The position numbers and the translations under genes are program-made. The notes below the pieces were generated by a model, which saw only the letters and a program-made list of their open reading frames with translations, searched no databases and was not told the DNA's origin. DNA of 64,000 nucleotides from a virus: IMG/VR virus record IMGVR_UViG_3300035703_000020, positions 1 to 64,000 of that record; one strand, given 5' to 3'. This document shows positions 20,701 through 32,494 of this stretch, one piece after another; position 1 is the first letter of the stretch; each line of letters starts with the position of its first letter.

Positions 20701-21906
20701 ACGTGCCCGCGCCGCCCTGGCCCAACCCGATTCGGAAGGGCCGACGATCATGGAGATCATCGAACTGCACACCTGGCTAGAGGACGAGTGGCGAGCAAAC
20801 AACGATGGCGAAGACCTGCCGATTGTTGACTTCGCCCGCGCCGTCCTCGCCCGCTGGGGCCGCCCCGCCATCACCCCCATCCCGGTGAGCGAGCGGCTGC
20901 CGGGGCCGGAGGATTGCGATGCGGAGGGGAGGAGTTGGTTTGGCGGTAAGCGTGGGATTTGGATGCTGATGACTTCTAAGTACGCCATGGCGGATTCGTT
21001 CTGGCTCCCCCACCACGCGCTGCCGGTGCCGCAGCGGGGGGCTGAGGGGTGATCCGGCTACTAGAGATAGACACCAAGTCAGCCTCACTGTGGATTTCAC
21101 TCTCCGATTCCTGGACTGAAAACGGCAAACCAGTGAGATTCCGGCTACGGAAACTGCGAAGCCCGCTTGATCCTTCCGTCAAAGCGATCTCCTTCATCAT
21201 TGGACCGATATCGGTGAAGTTCGGATGGATTGCCAACACCCACAAGTGATTTTATCTACTCACCCATGACTGAACTATCACCACAAGCGCAGGCGGTGCT
21301 GGATGCCTACATAGATGAAGACCGTGCAGGCCGCCTAGCTGTTGCCGCCGCCACCCTGCGAGCTGCTGCGGATCAGGTGGTGCCGGAGCATCCGATGGTT
21401 GTACCGGGTGGTCGTTCTTACGAAGCCGCTTGGAGCGCCACTGTTCAAGACGATATTCGCGCCAGCCTTCTCGCCATCGCCGCCGAGCTGGAAACCTCTA
21501 CCACTGAAAACTGATGACTGACCTCTCCCCCGCCGCGCAGGCTGTGCTGAATGCGGCCGACTCCACATTCGACCAAGCCGGAACGACTCGCCAAGGACTC
21601 GCCGCCGCCCTGCGCGCCGCGGCCGACTGCGTCGTGCCGTGGAAGCCGGAACCCACGGAGAACTCCGTCGGGCCGACCGTCGACTTCGGCTACGCATGGG
21701 CGCTGTTCAGCAAGGCGAACGACATCCGGCAGGAGCTGATCGCCATAGCCGATGAGCTCGACGGCCACGAGCAGATCAGCGAGGAGGAGAACGAGGTGCG
21801 CTTCAAGGCGTGCATGGGGGCGATCAGCGACCTCAAGCACGGCGAGATCACGGAGCTGATGGGCGAGGCGTTCATGGAGGAGTTCAAGCGAGTGTCACAA
21901 CGATGA
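17708..21906 (+). repeat. Array of coupled small paralogous ORFs built from recurring modules
   Basis: Repeated MTDLSPAAQAVL / AAALRAAADQVVP / LLAIAAELE, RARAALAQP, ARAVLARWGRP and PIPV..RLPGP.DCDAEGR. 48/50 nt direct repeat at 20583-20632 and 21473-21522. Confidence 0.85.
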
Positions 21907-22366
21907 AGACAATGACGATCGAGCCCGAAAAGAAGGACGGGAAGCCGCGCCGCAGGCTGCAGGTGATCAACGAGCGGTACCCCTACCGCTACGTGATCGC
22001 GGGCGAGCTGGAGAACGGCCAGCCCGACTACAGGCTCCAGAAGCTGCACGAGTGGTCCAACCGCTACCGCGACATCTACCTGTTCGACAACGGGATGCAG
22101 TGCGACATCGCGATGGAGGACATAGAGTACACAAAATGGCTCGATAACGATGAGAGAGTCAGCGCCTACCGCCACTGGGACTGAGGTAACATGAGCAACG
22201 AGACCAAACTGCTGTACAACGAGGCGCTCCGCAGCGCCTACATGGACGAGATCAAGGGCCTCTTCGCCACCTGCTTCGACTCGTACACCGCCAACCCCGT
22301 CAGCGCGGTGCAGTCGTTCGAGTCCGGAGCCGCCAAGGCCGAGAACCTCCTCGGGAGGCTCCTCAA

Positions 22367-23242
22367 GTGACCGCGCTCGACCTCCGCAGGCCGCGGTACA
22401 GCGTCCGCTGGGACTGCCCGCACTGCGGCAACAGCCACAACTGGTGGTGGGAGGACGAGTTCGAGGCACACGACGACGGCGAGTGCGACATGATCTGCGA
22501 CCGCTGCATGGAGCCCTCCAAGTGCGTGGGCGACGGCGCCGGGTTCTACAAGGCGATCGCGCCGGACGAGCTGAAGTCCGGGCCCGGCATCGAGCGGCGC
22601 GTCTCCGACCTCGAGAGCCTCGAGGAGGATCTCCATAACTACGTGCGGGAGCTCGAGGACAAGGTCAATGAGCTCTACACCGCGGTCAACTCGCTGGCCA
22701 AGCACGTCCAGCGGGCGGAGGGCAAGGCCGACGAGCACCGCTCGGAGCTCGACAACCTCGGGCGGAGGACCACCGAGGCCGAGCTGGCCGTGTGGCGGCT
22801 CGAGAACGACATCAAGACCCCCGGCGCCGCCAAGCTCGGCCCGCAGCACGTCGAGCTGGCCAAGGAGAAGGAGAGGAGCTTCCTCGACCTGATCACCGGG
22901 GAGAAGCCGCCCTTCCACGCGCGCATCCGCGAGGGCTGCGAGCTCGACAGGGCGAGCGTGCCGCCCGACAAGCTGGCGTCGATACTGCGGTTCGTCGCGG
23001 TCGAGGTCCAGCGCATGACGGAGCGGGACATGGGCGGGTCGTTCACGATCTCCAACCTCAAGGTGGCCGAGCGCCTGCGGGAGCTGGCCGACGAGGCGCA
23101 GGTGGAGGACTACAACGGCAAGGACGAGGAGAAGCTCATAATCCCGCTCGTTGGCGACATGCGCATCGACGATGCCGACCCCATGGTGATGCTAGTCTAC
23201 GACGGCGAGAACTGGGTCGAAATGCGGAGGGACAATGACTGA
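22367..23242 (+). CDS. Zn-finger plus coiled-coil protein
   Basis: CPHC...CDRC followed by a heptad-rich region. Confidence 0.55.
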   Translation: MTALDLRRPRYSVRWDCPHCGNSHNWWWEDEFEAHDDGECDMICDRCMEPSKCVGDGAGFYKAIAPDELKSGPGIERRVSDLESLEEDLHNYVRELEDKVNELYTAVNSLAKHVQRAEGKADEHRSELDNLGRRTTEAELAVWRLENDIKTPGAAKLGPQHVELAKEKERSFLDLITGEKPPFHARIREGCELDRASVPPDKLASILRFVAVEVQRMTERDMGGSFTISNLKVAERLRELADEAQVEDYNGKDEEKLIIPLVGDMRIDDADPMVMLVYDGENWVEMRRDND

Positions 23243-23605
23243 CAAGGAGCGCGCGGACACCTACTGCCGGTTCCTGAACCGCCTCTACGCGTACCGCAAC
23301 ATCACGATGGACGGCGGGCGCATCGAGCGCTGGCTGGCGAAGCTCGACGCCTGGGGGCGCGCGGCGGACGACCAGATGATCGACGACGACGAGTGGGAGG
23401 AGATCATGGCCTCGCTGCGCGCCCCGGAGACCGTCTGACTCCTTCGCCGCCGGCGAAGTTTCACAATCTGCGAAAAAGGCCTAAACATCAAAATTCCCGC
23501 GATCCTGTCCGCGCTGCTCGGGGTAACAGCCTCGCTCCTCGGCCCGCCGCGGCAAAAAGCTATAACACAGATGGGTAACAGTATTATGGTTATTGGTACT
23601 ATCTT

Positions 23606-24187
23606 ATGGAAGAAATTTGGGCTCCGATATGCGGTTGGGAGGGACTATATGAGGTATCAACCTTAGGCAGGGTACGTAGTTTGGACAGACTGGTTATAGA
23701 GAAGACCGGGAAGACCCGCCGAAGAAAAGGCCGGGTGATGGCCGCTGTCAAATCTGGAAAATACTTCGGTGTCACTCTTTCAAAGGGCGGTTGCGAAGTG
23801 AGACTGTATTTACATAGACTTGTAGCTGAGGCTTTTATTCCAAATCCGGAGAGCAAAGCCTGCGTTAATCATATTGACTTCAACAGAAGCAATAACGCAG
23901 TGGCCAATCTCGAATGGGTCACCTACGCTGAGAATAGTGCCCATGCCTTCGCCAATAAAAATTGGGAGAGTGCGGCGCCAAAGGGTTCCAACTGTAATTC
24001 AGCCAAATTGACTGAGGCTCTTGTGTATGAAATTCGAAGCAACTATGCGCCAAACAAAGCACTTGAACTCGCTGAAAAATACGGTCTCACGCGCGGCACA
24101 ATTTACCACATCATCAGCGGCCGCACTTGGGCTCATGTCCCTTTCCCTCCCGATTATCAATACTCAATCCGCCCACGCAAGCGGTAG
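23606..24187 (+). mobile_element. Free-standing NUMOD4-HNH homing endonuclease
   Basis: EIWAPICGWEGLYEVSTLGRVRS; HRLVAEAFIPNP...VNHIDFNRSNNAVANLEW. Clearly lower GC than the flanks. Confidence 0.9.
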
Positions 24188-24452
24188 ATATGTCACGGCT
24201 ACCGTCTATCATCAGATGTTCCACGGGAGGACAACGTACTGCGGTGGGACGTACTCCGACCACCGAGTGTCGGCCGCCCACCCGTGGCTAGCCTGCGGAA
24301 CGCGCGTCCTGGTGCAGCACAGGGGCAGGAGTCTCGTCGTCCCGATCACCGACCGGTGCGAATGCACTAGTATCGACCTGTCCTACGAGGCGGCCCGCCG
24401 GCTCGGGATTCCTACGGACGGGATCGCGACGGTCCGGATCCGGGAGCTCTAG
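24045..24452 (+). CDS. RlpA-like DPBB (lytic transglycosylase-like) protein
   Basis: ATVYHQMFHGRTT.CG...SAAHPWLACGTRV.V...ITDR...IDLS..AA..LG. Start uncertain (24027, 24045 or 24135). Confidence 0.75.
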   Translation: MRQTKHLNSLKNTVSRAAQFTTSSAAALGLMSLSLPIINTQSAHASGRYVTATVYHQMFHGRTTYCGGTYSDHRVSAAHPWLACGTRVLVQHRGRSLVVPITDRCECTSIDLSYEAARRLGIPTDGIATVRIREL

Positions 24453-24536
24453 GGTCGGGACGGTCGGGGGAGTGCACACTGATCCGACCGTCGAGCCCCG
24501 TGGTGCCGTATATTTGAAGGATGAGACCGGAGGAGA

Positions 24537-24716
24537 ATGAAACCGAAGACGAGAGTCATCCTCGAGATGGCCATCGAGCAGGGCGTCCGGCGCGGCTACG
24601 CCCGGGCCCACAAGCACGTCGAGAACCCGACCGAGGGCGCGATCATCGAGCACATCGAGGACTGCGTGATGGGCGAGATCTACGAGTACTTCACCTTCGA
24701 GGAGGACGACATCTGA
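24537..24716 (+). CDS. Small cyanophage-type hypothetical protein (absent from the ORF track)
   Basis: GGAGGAG then MKPKTRVILEMAIEQGVRRGYARAHKHVENP... Confidence 0.6.
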   Translation: MKPKTRVILEMAIEQGVRRGYARAHKHVENPTEGAIIEHIEDCVMGEIYEYFTFEEDDI

Positions 24717-25107
24717 TGAAACTAGCACTGACGAGCAAGACCCTGAGGACGGCTCGGGCATACATCCTGTTCTGGGCCGCGATGGCCGGCGCCTTCAGCC
24801 TGATCGTCGCCTTCCCGGTCGCGAGCCGCGCGGCGCTGCTGATCGTCTGCGGGGTGTTCATCCTCATCACGTCCTGGAAGCTGGTGGAGACGTACATCAA
24901 TGACTAACAAGAAGACGAAGCTCCTGGCGTCTGTCGCCGGCGTCATCGCATCGCAGGACGAGCGCGGACTGACGGACGAGGAGCTCGCCCAGGAGGTCAT
25001 CGACACGGTGGCGGACTGGTTCGAGGACGTCCTCGAGAACGTCGGCATGCAGCCGACCGTCATCCCCACCCTCCTGCGATGGCAGGCGCACCAGCACGAG
25101 TACCTCA

Positions 25108-25467
25108 ATGACTGAAGTTCCGATGAGCGAACACCCCATCACCCCACCGCCGGAGCTGGTGCAGCAGTGGGCATCAAACCAGGACTACAGCATTGCCCCC
25201 GCATGGATGCTCAATGACCTCGCCACCCGCGCCGCCCAGTGGGGCGCCGACCAGGAGCTGAAGGCGTGCTGTGAGTGGATGGTAAACGTGCCAGATTTTT
25301 ACACGGGCTCAGAAATCGACCTCCGCGCCGCCCGTCGCCCCAAGCCGCCGAGCTTGAAGGAGCAGGCGCTGGCCCTGATCGACGGCTGCACCAATCCAGA
25401 AGGCGACTACTTGGACGACAACGTTCTGTCCACCATCCGCCGCGCACTGGAGGCGCTGCCCGAATGA
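25108..25467 (+). CDS. Paralog of 19392-19733
   Basis: HPITPPPELV, GADQEL.ACCEW, LRAARRPKPP.LKEQAL, IRRALE. Confidence 0.7.
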   Translation: MTEVPMSEHPITPPPELVQQWASNQDYSIAPAWMLNDLATRAAQWGADQELKACCEWMVNVPDFYTGSEIDLRAARRPKPPSLKEQALALIDGCTNPEGDYLDDNVLSTIRRALEALPE

Positions 25468-27100
25468 CAGACCCAGCGACGATCAACGTGATCAAGGAGA
25501 CACTGCCCGAGTCGCCCGTCTATGACGACGCGTTCACGGTCAAGCGGCAGCGGTGGGGGACCTTCGTGTCCTACGACCTCGAGGGCAACGGGATCATCAC
25601 GTCCCTGACCGAGGAGCTGTGCATCAGCGCGACCCGGTGGTACCTCAAGGCCAGGCAGGAGGGCTTCCCCGAGGCCAGCACCAAGTACGAGGGTACCGTG
25701 GGGGGCAAGCTGTGAGAGCCGCTATCTTCGCGCTCGCGGCCATCATCATCGGCAACGCCGCGCTCGCCCAGCAGCAGTGCACCTACTCCTTCTGGGTGTG
25801 GCAGGGCGGCGAGCGGGTCAAGGTGTGCTGCAACCAGCAGAACTTCTGCGTCACGAAATTCGGAATCTACAACCAGTGATACTACCGCTCCTCCTGGCTA
25901 CGATAGTCCAGTATGACTTCCTCGACAGACCAGTTCCTGAGGCGGTTGCGCGACAGTGCGCGGCCGACGTCGGGATCCCCTACGCCTCCGACAACTTCAC
26001 CGACACCGAGTGGCGGGAGTTCCAGCGGTGCGTCATCCACCGAATCAACCACTGAGAGCATGACCAAGCGAATCCTGCCCACGATCAACGGCGTCCAGTA
26101 CGAGTGGTCCGAGGCGATCGGCGTCGCCCTCGGGCTGGTGATCGGCGGGCTGCTGTCAGCGCTGATCGGCGCCTGGTTCATCCACCTCGTCCTCGGGTGG
26201 ATCGGCGTCGGCGCTCTGACGTTCAAGCAGGTCTTCGGCCTGCTCCTGGTCTGGGAGTACATCAAACCACGCACGGAGTCCAAATGAGCAACGAAGAGCG
26301 CTACACTTTCACCTACGAGTACGGCGACGTCGGCGTGACAATGAGCGTCGGCATGGGTCTCAACGTCGAGGAGATGCTCGAGCAGTTCGAGAACTTTCTC
26401 CTCGCGACCGGGTACCGCCTGCACGAGGGCCAGAGCGTCGGCCTGGTCGATGATGCGGCGGAGACCGCGCCGGAGTCGAAGGTCGACGGTTACATCGGCG
26501 GCCTGTTCGACGACCACTCGGGCAGCGTGCTCAAGTTCGACGGGGCCGCGGCGTGGGCGGCCGGGGCCGACTATCTGCACTTCGACGGCGGCGACGCGCG
26601 CGCGGCTGCCACGGCGCCGAAGCCCTCCTACGACGACGTGATCTCGTTCGGCTGATGGAGCAACTCACGCCCGAGCAGGCCAAACTCGTCCACCGCGCGG
26701 TGCGGTACTACCAGATGAACGGCACCGTCGCCGGCTCGCCGGAGTACCGCAAGTGCGACCCCATCCTCGACGCGCTGTTCGACAGGATCTACGAGCGGGA
26801 GAAGGCCGGGCAGGCCGAGTGTGACATCTAGGTGACCGGCACGGGGTCGGGCGCGCAGCCCGGCCCCTCGCTGTATGATGGACCCATGGACAACCTTCTA
26901 CACAGGGCGAAGGCCCTATTCGACAAGGGCTCGCGCGAGGGCATCCTCGCCTTCCTGCAGGAGATCGACCCCAACGGGTCGTGGACCGACGCGGCGTCCG
27001 TCGCCGACGGCCTGGAGCCGCTCACGTTCGACGAGGCCCTGATCGAGCTGCAGGACGCGATCGACGAGCTCGAGATTGAACAACGCACCGCGCAACCAGC

Positions 27101-29089
27101 ATGACCGAGAACGCGAACATCACCCCGGTCGGCCTCGTCTCCGAGATGAAGACGGCCTATCTCGACTACAGCATGGCCGTGCTCGTCGGGCGCGCCATCC
27201 CCGACCTGTACGACGGCCTGAAGCCGGTCACCCGCCGCGTGCTCACGGCCATGAAGTGGCTCGGGCTGCGGCCCGAGGCCCGCTACATGAAGGCGGCCAG
27301 GATCGAGGGCGAGACGATGGGTAAGCTGCACCCCCACTCCGGTTCATACGGGGCGATGGTGACGGCCGCCGCGTGGTGGACCAACAACAACCCATTGATC
27401 GACGGGTGGGGCAACTGGGGCTCCCCGACCGACGGCCCTGCGGCGCCCCGATATACTGAAGCCAAACTAACGCAGTTCGCCTGGGACGCGCTGCTCCAGG
27501 ACTCGGACACCTGGGTCACCCGCGACAACTACGACGGCAGCCTGCAGGAGCCGGTCCAGCTGAACGCCCGCCTCCCCCTCCTCCTGCTCAACGGCGCCGA
27601 GGGGATCGGCGTGGGCTACGCGACAAAGGTCCCGACCCACAACCTCCGCGGAGTCGCCAAGGCCCTCCGGTCGCTGGTCGACGACGATATAATCGCGGCC
27701 AAGAACGCTTTGGCGCCCGACTTCCCCACCGGCTGCGACATCGTCAAGGACGGGGGGCTGGTCGAGTACCTGAACACCGGCCGCGGGCAGATCCGCATGC
27801 GGGCCGTCTGCGAGCGGGAGAAGATCGACTACGGCAAGCGGTCTAAGCGCGACGCCCTCGTCTTCACCAATCTGCCGCTCCACATCAATACCGAGCAGGT
27901 CGGCGAGCAGGTCAAGGACGCGCTCGAGAAGGGGAAGATCACGACCGTCGCCGACATCCGTGACGAGACCGACAAGACCGGCGTGCGGCTGGTCGTCGTG
28001 CTGAAGGCAGGCGCCGACGCTGACCAGGCCGAAGCCGAGCTGTTCCACCACACGTCGCTCGACACGAAGTTCTCCGCCCAGAACCTCGCGATCGACGGCC
28101 TCAAGCCGGTGCAGCTGCCACCCCACGAGATGCTGATCAGGTGGGCGGGGTGGCGCGACGGCCGCCTTGTCGAGTCCCTGAAGGCGGAGCTCGGCAAGCG
28201 CCGCGAGCGGCTGGAGGTCGTGCAGGGCATGATCTCCGCGATGCTCGTCATCGAGGACATCATCGACGCCGTCCGCCAGTCCAAGGACCGCGCGACGGCG
28301 CGGGCGAGGATCGTCAAGATGGAGTTCTCGGAGCTGCAGGCCGACGCCATCCTCGACATGCGGCTGGCGCAGCTGACGAAGCTCGACGACAAGCAGCTGC
28401 AGGCCGAGGCGAAGGAGATCCAGGCGCGCATCAAGGAGATCATCACCCTGACGTCGTCCGAGAAGAAGCGCCGCGAGTACATCGTCTCCGAGGTGGAGGC
28501 GCTGGCCGAGCGGCACGGGAACGCCCGCCGCTCGAGGGCGATCGACGAGCCCAAGTCCCTCGCGGTCGAGACCGTGAAGGTCGGCAGGAAGACCGTGAAG
28601 GTGGCGGCCGCGGGGCCGAAGACCCGCTTCGTGCTGGTCGACGAGGAGAAGGGCATCCTCACGCAGCTGAAGGGCCCCCGGGGCGCGAATCTGTCCGTGC
28701 AGGACGACCAGGAGGTCGTGGTCGCGTGCGGGAACGGCCTCTTCTACAAGCTGTCGGCGAAGCACAAGGGCCCGGTGGCATCGGAGCCCACGAAGGTCCT
28801 GGCCCGGGCTACAACGGCGAAGTTACCCGCGAAACCGCTCGTGGCCGTGTGGAAAACCCCGGACGGCGTGTTCGGGAACGTGATCCCGTGGGAGACCATG
28901 GTCAAGACCACGTCGCGTGGCAAGCGGTGGCTGCCCGAGGGCGCCGAGCTGCTGCACCTGGGCGATACGTACACACTGCCGATGAGGGGCCGGAAGAAGG
29001 ACAAGGTCGTGGGCATCAACTCGATCAAGGCGCGCCCGGTCGGAGGGGTGGGGACCAAGCTGGCCAAGCTCGAGGACGCTGACGTGTGA
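27101..29089 (+). CDS. Type IIA topoisomerase subunit A (GyrA/ParC-like)
   Basis: RAIPDLYDGLKPV, HPH, AAPRYTEA (catalytic Tyr), GIGVGYAT, QADAILDMRL. Confidence 0.92.
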   Translation: MTENANITPVGLVSEMKTAYLDYSMAVLVGRAIPDLYDGLKPVTRRVLTAMKWLGLRPEARYMKAARIEGETMGKLHPHSGSYGAMVTAAAWWTNNNPLIDGWGNWGSPTDGPAAPRYTEAKLTQFAWDALLQDSDTWVTRDNYDGSLQEPVQLNARLPLLLLNGAEGIGVGYATKVPTHNLRGVAKALRSLVDDDIIAAKNALAPDFPTGCDIVKDGGLVEYLNTGRGQIRMRAVCEREKIDYGKRSKRDALVFTNLPLHINTEQVGEQVKDALEKGKITTVADIRDETDKTGVRLVVVLKAGADADQAEAELFHHTSLDTKFSAQNLAIDGLKPVQLPPHEMLIRWAGWRDGRLVESLKAELGKRRERLEVVQGMISAMLVIEDIIDAVRQSKDRATARARIVKMEFSELQADAILDMRLAQLTKLDDKQLQAEAKEIQARIKEIITLTSSEKKRREYIVSEVEALAERHGNARRSRAIDEPKSLAVETVKVGRKTVKVAAAGPKTRFVLVDEEKGILTQLKGPRGANLSVQDDQEVVVACGNGLFYKLSAKHKGPVASEPTKVLARATTAKLPAKPLVAVWKTPDGVFGNVIPWETMVKTTSRGKRWLPEGAELLHLGDTYTLPMRGRKKDKVVGINSIKARPVGGVGTKLAKLEDADV

Positions 29090-32000
29090 GACCCCTCTCG
29101 CGAGGGGGGCGTGTGTGTACACTCTCGCGTGACGGTCAGAGGGGCGCACACCGTTTCAACCGGAGGGGCGCCCCGGGGCCCATAATACATTCATGAACGA
29201 AACGAACTTCCGGATCCGCCCCACCGCCGTCACCTACGACCGGGTCGAGGTCCTCGCCTTCTCCGACGGCACCTACGGCAAGCACTGCGTGAAGCAGTAC
29301 GTGAGCACCCCCAGCCGCCACGCGCTGCCCCAGCCGAGCTGGTCCCACGTCGCATCCTGGCGCGAGATCAACCCCGAGATCGTCGGCGTGCGGTTCGAGT
29401 ACATGAACCCCCGCTGCGAGATCTTCGTCCCCAACCGCTGAAACAACGATGAAACTCTACAACCCATCCGTCCGCATCATGGTCGACTTCTACCCGATCC
29501 GCGCCGGCTACGGTGAGCCCGTGGTCAAGGGCAAGTTCCTCAAGGTCGTCGACCTCGACGGCATGACCTCCAAGCGCGTCGTCAGCCAGCGGGAGATGAA
29601 CAACGAGATCCGCGAGCGCCTGAACAACGACTACGCTGTCATCGACTTCAACACCGAGGCCGAGGTCCACAACCCGATGTGGGGCGCGTGCTGATGAACT
29701 GGCGCACGGAGCTAGAGCGGACGCTGCAAGACATGGAGGACGAGCTCGAGGTGCTCGTCATCAAGGCCCAAGGGCGCCCGATGGCGCCCACGGCCGTGCC
29801 CATCGACCACCCGGTCTTCGACCGCGAGTTCGACGGAGGCTTCGGCGGCTCAGAGGGCTGCCACTTCACCGCCTGGGGCGGCAAGTACGTCTACTTTCCG
29901 GCCGTGTACGACGGCTCGGAGTGGATCGACTTCGTGCCCCCGCAACCCCTGCCTGCAAGCCACGTCCCACATCGGAGGAGAATGACCATGGCAAAGTACA
30001 CTATCTGCACATTGCTGGCCGTCTCGGCTGTCATCGGATACAACGCCTTCTTGATCCAGCGCGACGCCAAACTGTTCGACGCGGCAGCGCATGCGCGCGC
30101 CTGTGAGCAGGTGAAAACCTTCCATCCGGACTGCAAATGATGGAGGGGGAGCGCGACTGGAGGCACTACGTGACCCTCATCGGCCTCGCGATCGAGGACA
30201 CGATCCCGAACCCGTCGGAGATCGAGACGCTCGACGCGGTAAAACTGCTGGTGAGGGAGAACAACGCGCTTCGCCGCGCGGTCGGCCTCCCATCATACGC
30301 CGAGATGGCAGCACTCGAGGAGAGGGAGCGCTATGGGGAGACCCTGTGACCGCGAGCCCCGCATCATGCGGGAGGAGCTCGGTACCTCACAACTGATCAC
30401 CGACTACGGCGCGCTCGACCGCGCCATGGCGGCGAAGAACGACCCGGCCCGCATCCGCAACGCGGAGGACTACGACGACTGGGAGTACGGAACCGAGCCC
30501 ATCCCGCACGACCACACGTGGACGAGAAAACGCAGCACATAGAGGCCATCTGCGACTGGGCCGAGGCGCGCATGGAAGCCCTCCTCAACGAGGGGAAGAT
30601 CCAGGAGGCGCTCGACATCGGCCGCGAGTTCCACGAGTGGATGAGGGCGCCCCCGGGGTTCGACCACGACCTCGAGCACCCGCCGTGACGCCTGGCGGAC
30701 CGCACACCCAGGCCTGACGGCCGGCCCCTGGCGCGGTAGAATCAAGGAAACGACCCGACACATGACCGAGACAGACAACCTCGCCATCGCCCGCATCGAG
30801 CACCTCGTCGACCGGGCCGCCCACCACGCCAAGCTCGGCGACGACCGGCTCAAGGAGTTCCTGCTCGCCGAGGCCAAGATCCAGGCGATGGTGATGGACG
30901 GCGCCGACCGGGTGTTCCAGATGCGGTACCACCGCTACGCCTCCGACTCCTTCGGCGTCGACTTCGAGGTCACGCACGGCGACGAGGAGCTCATGTTCGG
31001 GGGCGTGTGATGTTTGCGCGCGGGCCCCTAGCCGGGATTCACAGCGGATTCTGGTGGTGCGGGCAGTGCTTCGAGGCGTGGCTCCACCTGATGAGGGAGA
31101 GCGAGGACGTCGACTACAACTGCTGGGACTTCTTCTACCATCTCAGCTACTGGTATCCAGACCATGAGGGAAGATGAATCTAGGGCAATGGACGAGTTTC
31201 TGGCAAGGGTTCGAGGGGCTTGCAGTTGCGTTCGGGTGGTGGCGCTTTCTGTTACGCCTCCCCCAGTCGTGCGACTACTCGATCGAGCGGGTGGAGCTCT
31301 GGGAGGAGCTGAGCTGCGGGTGGATGAGAGAGTACATCTGGCCGTACGACGACTGGTACGAGCCGCGCGTAAGCGAAGAACGTAAGCTGAGGCTGGGACG
31401 ATGACCAAACTGCAGGCGACGGGCGGGTTCAACCCGGACGACGGCTACTCCCTCGGCATCTGCGCCGGCGAGGAGAGCCCGTTCGTCACGATCTCCAACC
31501 TCGAGCGGTCCGACCTGGTCTACCTCCGCGACCTGCTCGACTGCCTCATCTGGAAGGAGGAGGACACCGACTACGGGTCCGTCAAGGGGCGCGTGCAGGT
31601 CGTGCTCGACGAGTACGTCGCCCTGCAGCTGGTCGAGGAGGCCGCCGACCGGGTCATCCACGCGCTGAGGGACATCATCCTCACGCAGGTCGACTTCACG
31701 GAGGACGTGCGCGGCCTGGTGCGCTGGGACGTGCTCGAGCCGATGATAACGCGACCGCTGGAGGACTGAGGTGACCGTGCCCGACGAGAAGACCTTCGAG
31801 ATCCTGCACTTCTCCGCGAGGTACCCGCGCGGCGTCTCGCAGTACCCGTACTTCATCCACAACCTGGTGTGGCGCGCGCTCGACCCCGAGTTCAAGTCCA
31901 TCTGCGACGGCATGGCCGACGAGTGGATGGAGACCGAGGTCGTCTTCGACAGGGAGCTCGCCGACGAGTACATCAACGGGCTCGACTTCACATGCACCGA

Positions 32001-32494
32001 GGTCGAGAACCAGTTCGGGTTCGGCATGTGCGAGATCGTCCAGAAGGAGGGGATCAGGCGCGACGCGGTGTACCACAGGGGCTGGCAGAGGCAGTTCCCA
32101 TTCGTGTACTACATCGAGAAGTTCGACTGCTTCCGCGCGTGGGGCTACACCGAGTCCAACGCGATCACGCAGGCGTGCATCCACGAGATCAAGATGCTGC
32201 AGCTCAACGAGCGGATGTACGGCGGGAGGTTCGTGCCCTGGTGCCACCTCCGCCGCGTGATCGAGACCCTCGACCGATTCTGGGATTGAACCATGTGGAG
32301 TAACCCGACCGTTGACGCGCTCGAGGCGCGGATCAAAGCCCTGGAGGAGGAGAACGTCGCGACCACCAACGCGCTCTACGAGCTCGAAACTCGGCTGCAA
32401 TCGCAGCTGGACGCGCTCATCACCTACACGATGTTCGAGCCGAACGACGTCTTCTGACGGGTAAGCCCACGCCGTACGGTACCGCCGAGAGACG

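Noticed and set aside
17708-21906. CRISPR array or DGR explanation for the repeats
   Set aside because: The repeats are in-frame coding blocks with irregular spacing. There is no cas or reverse transcriptase gene and no adenine-specific template/variable pair.
23440-24190. Group I intron around the HNH gene
   Set aside because: I could not find P7 or other core elements or an interrupted upstream exon. Treated as free-standing, though a covariance search is needed to exclude an intron.
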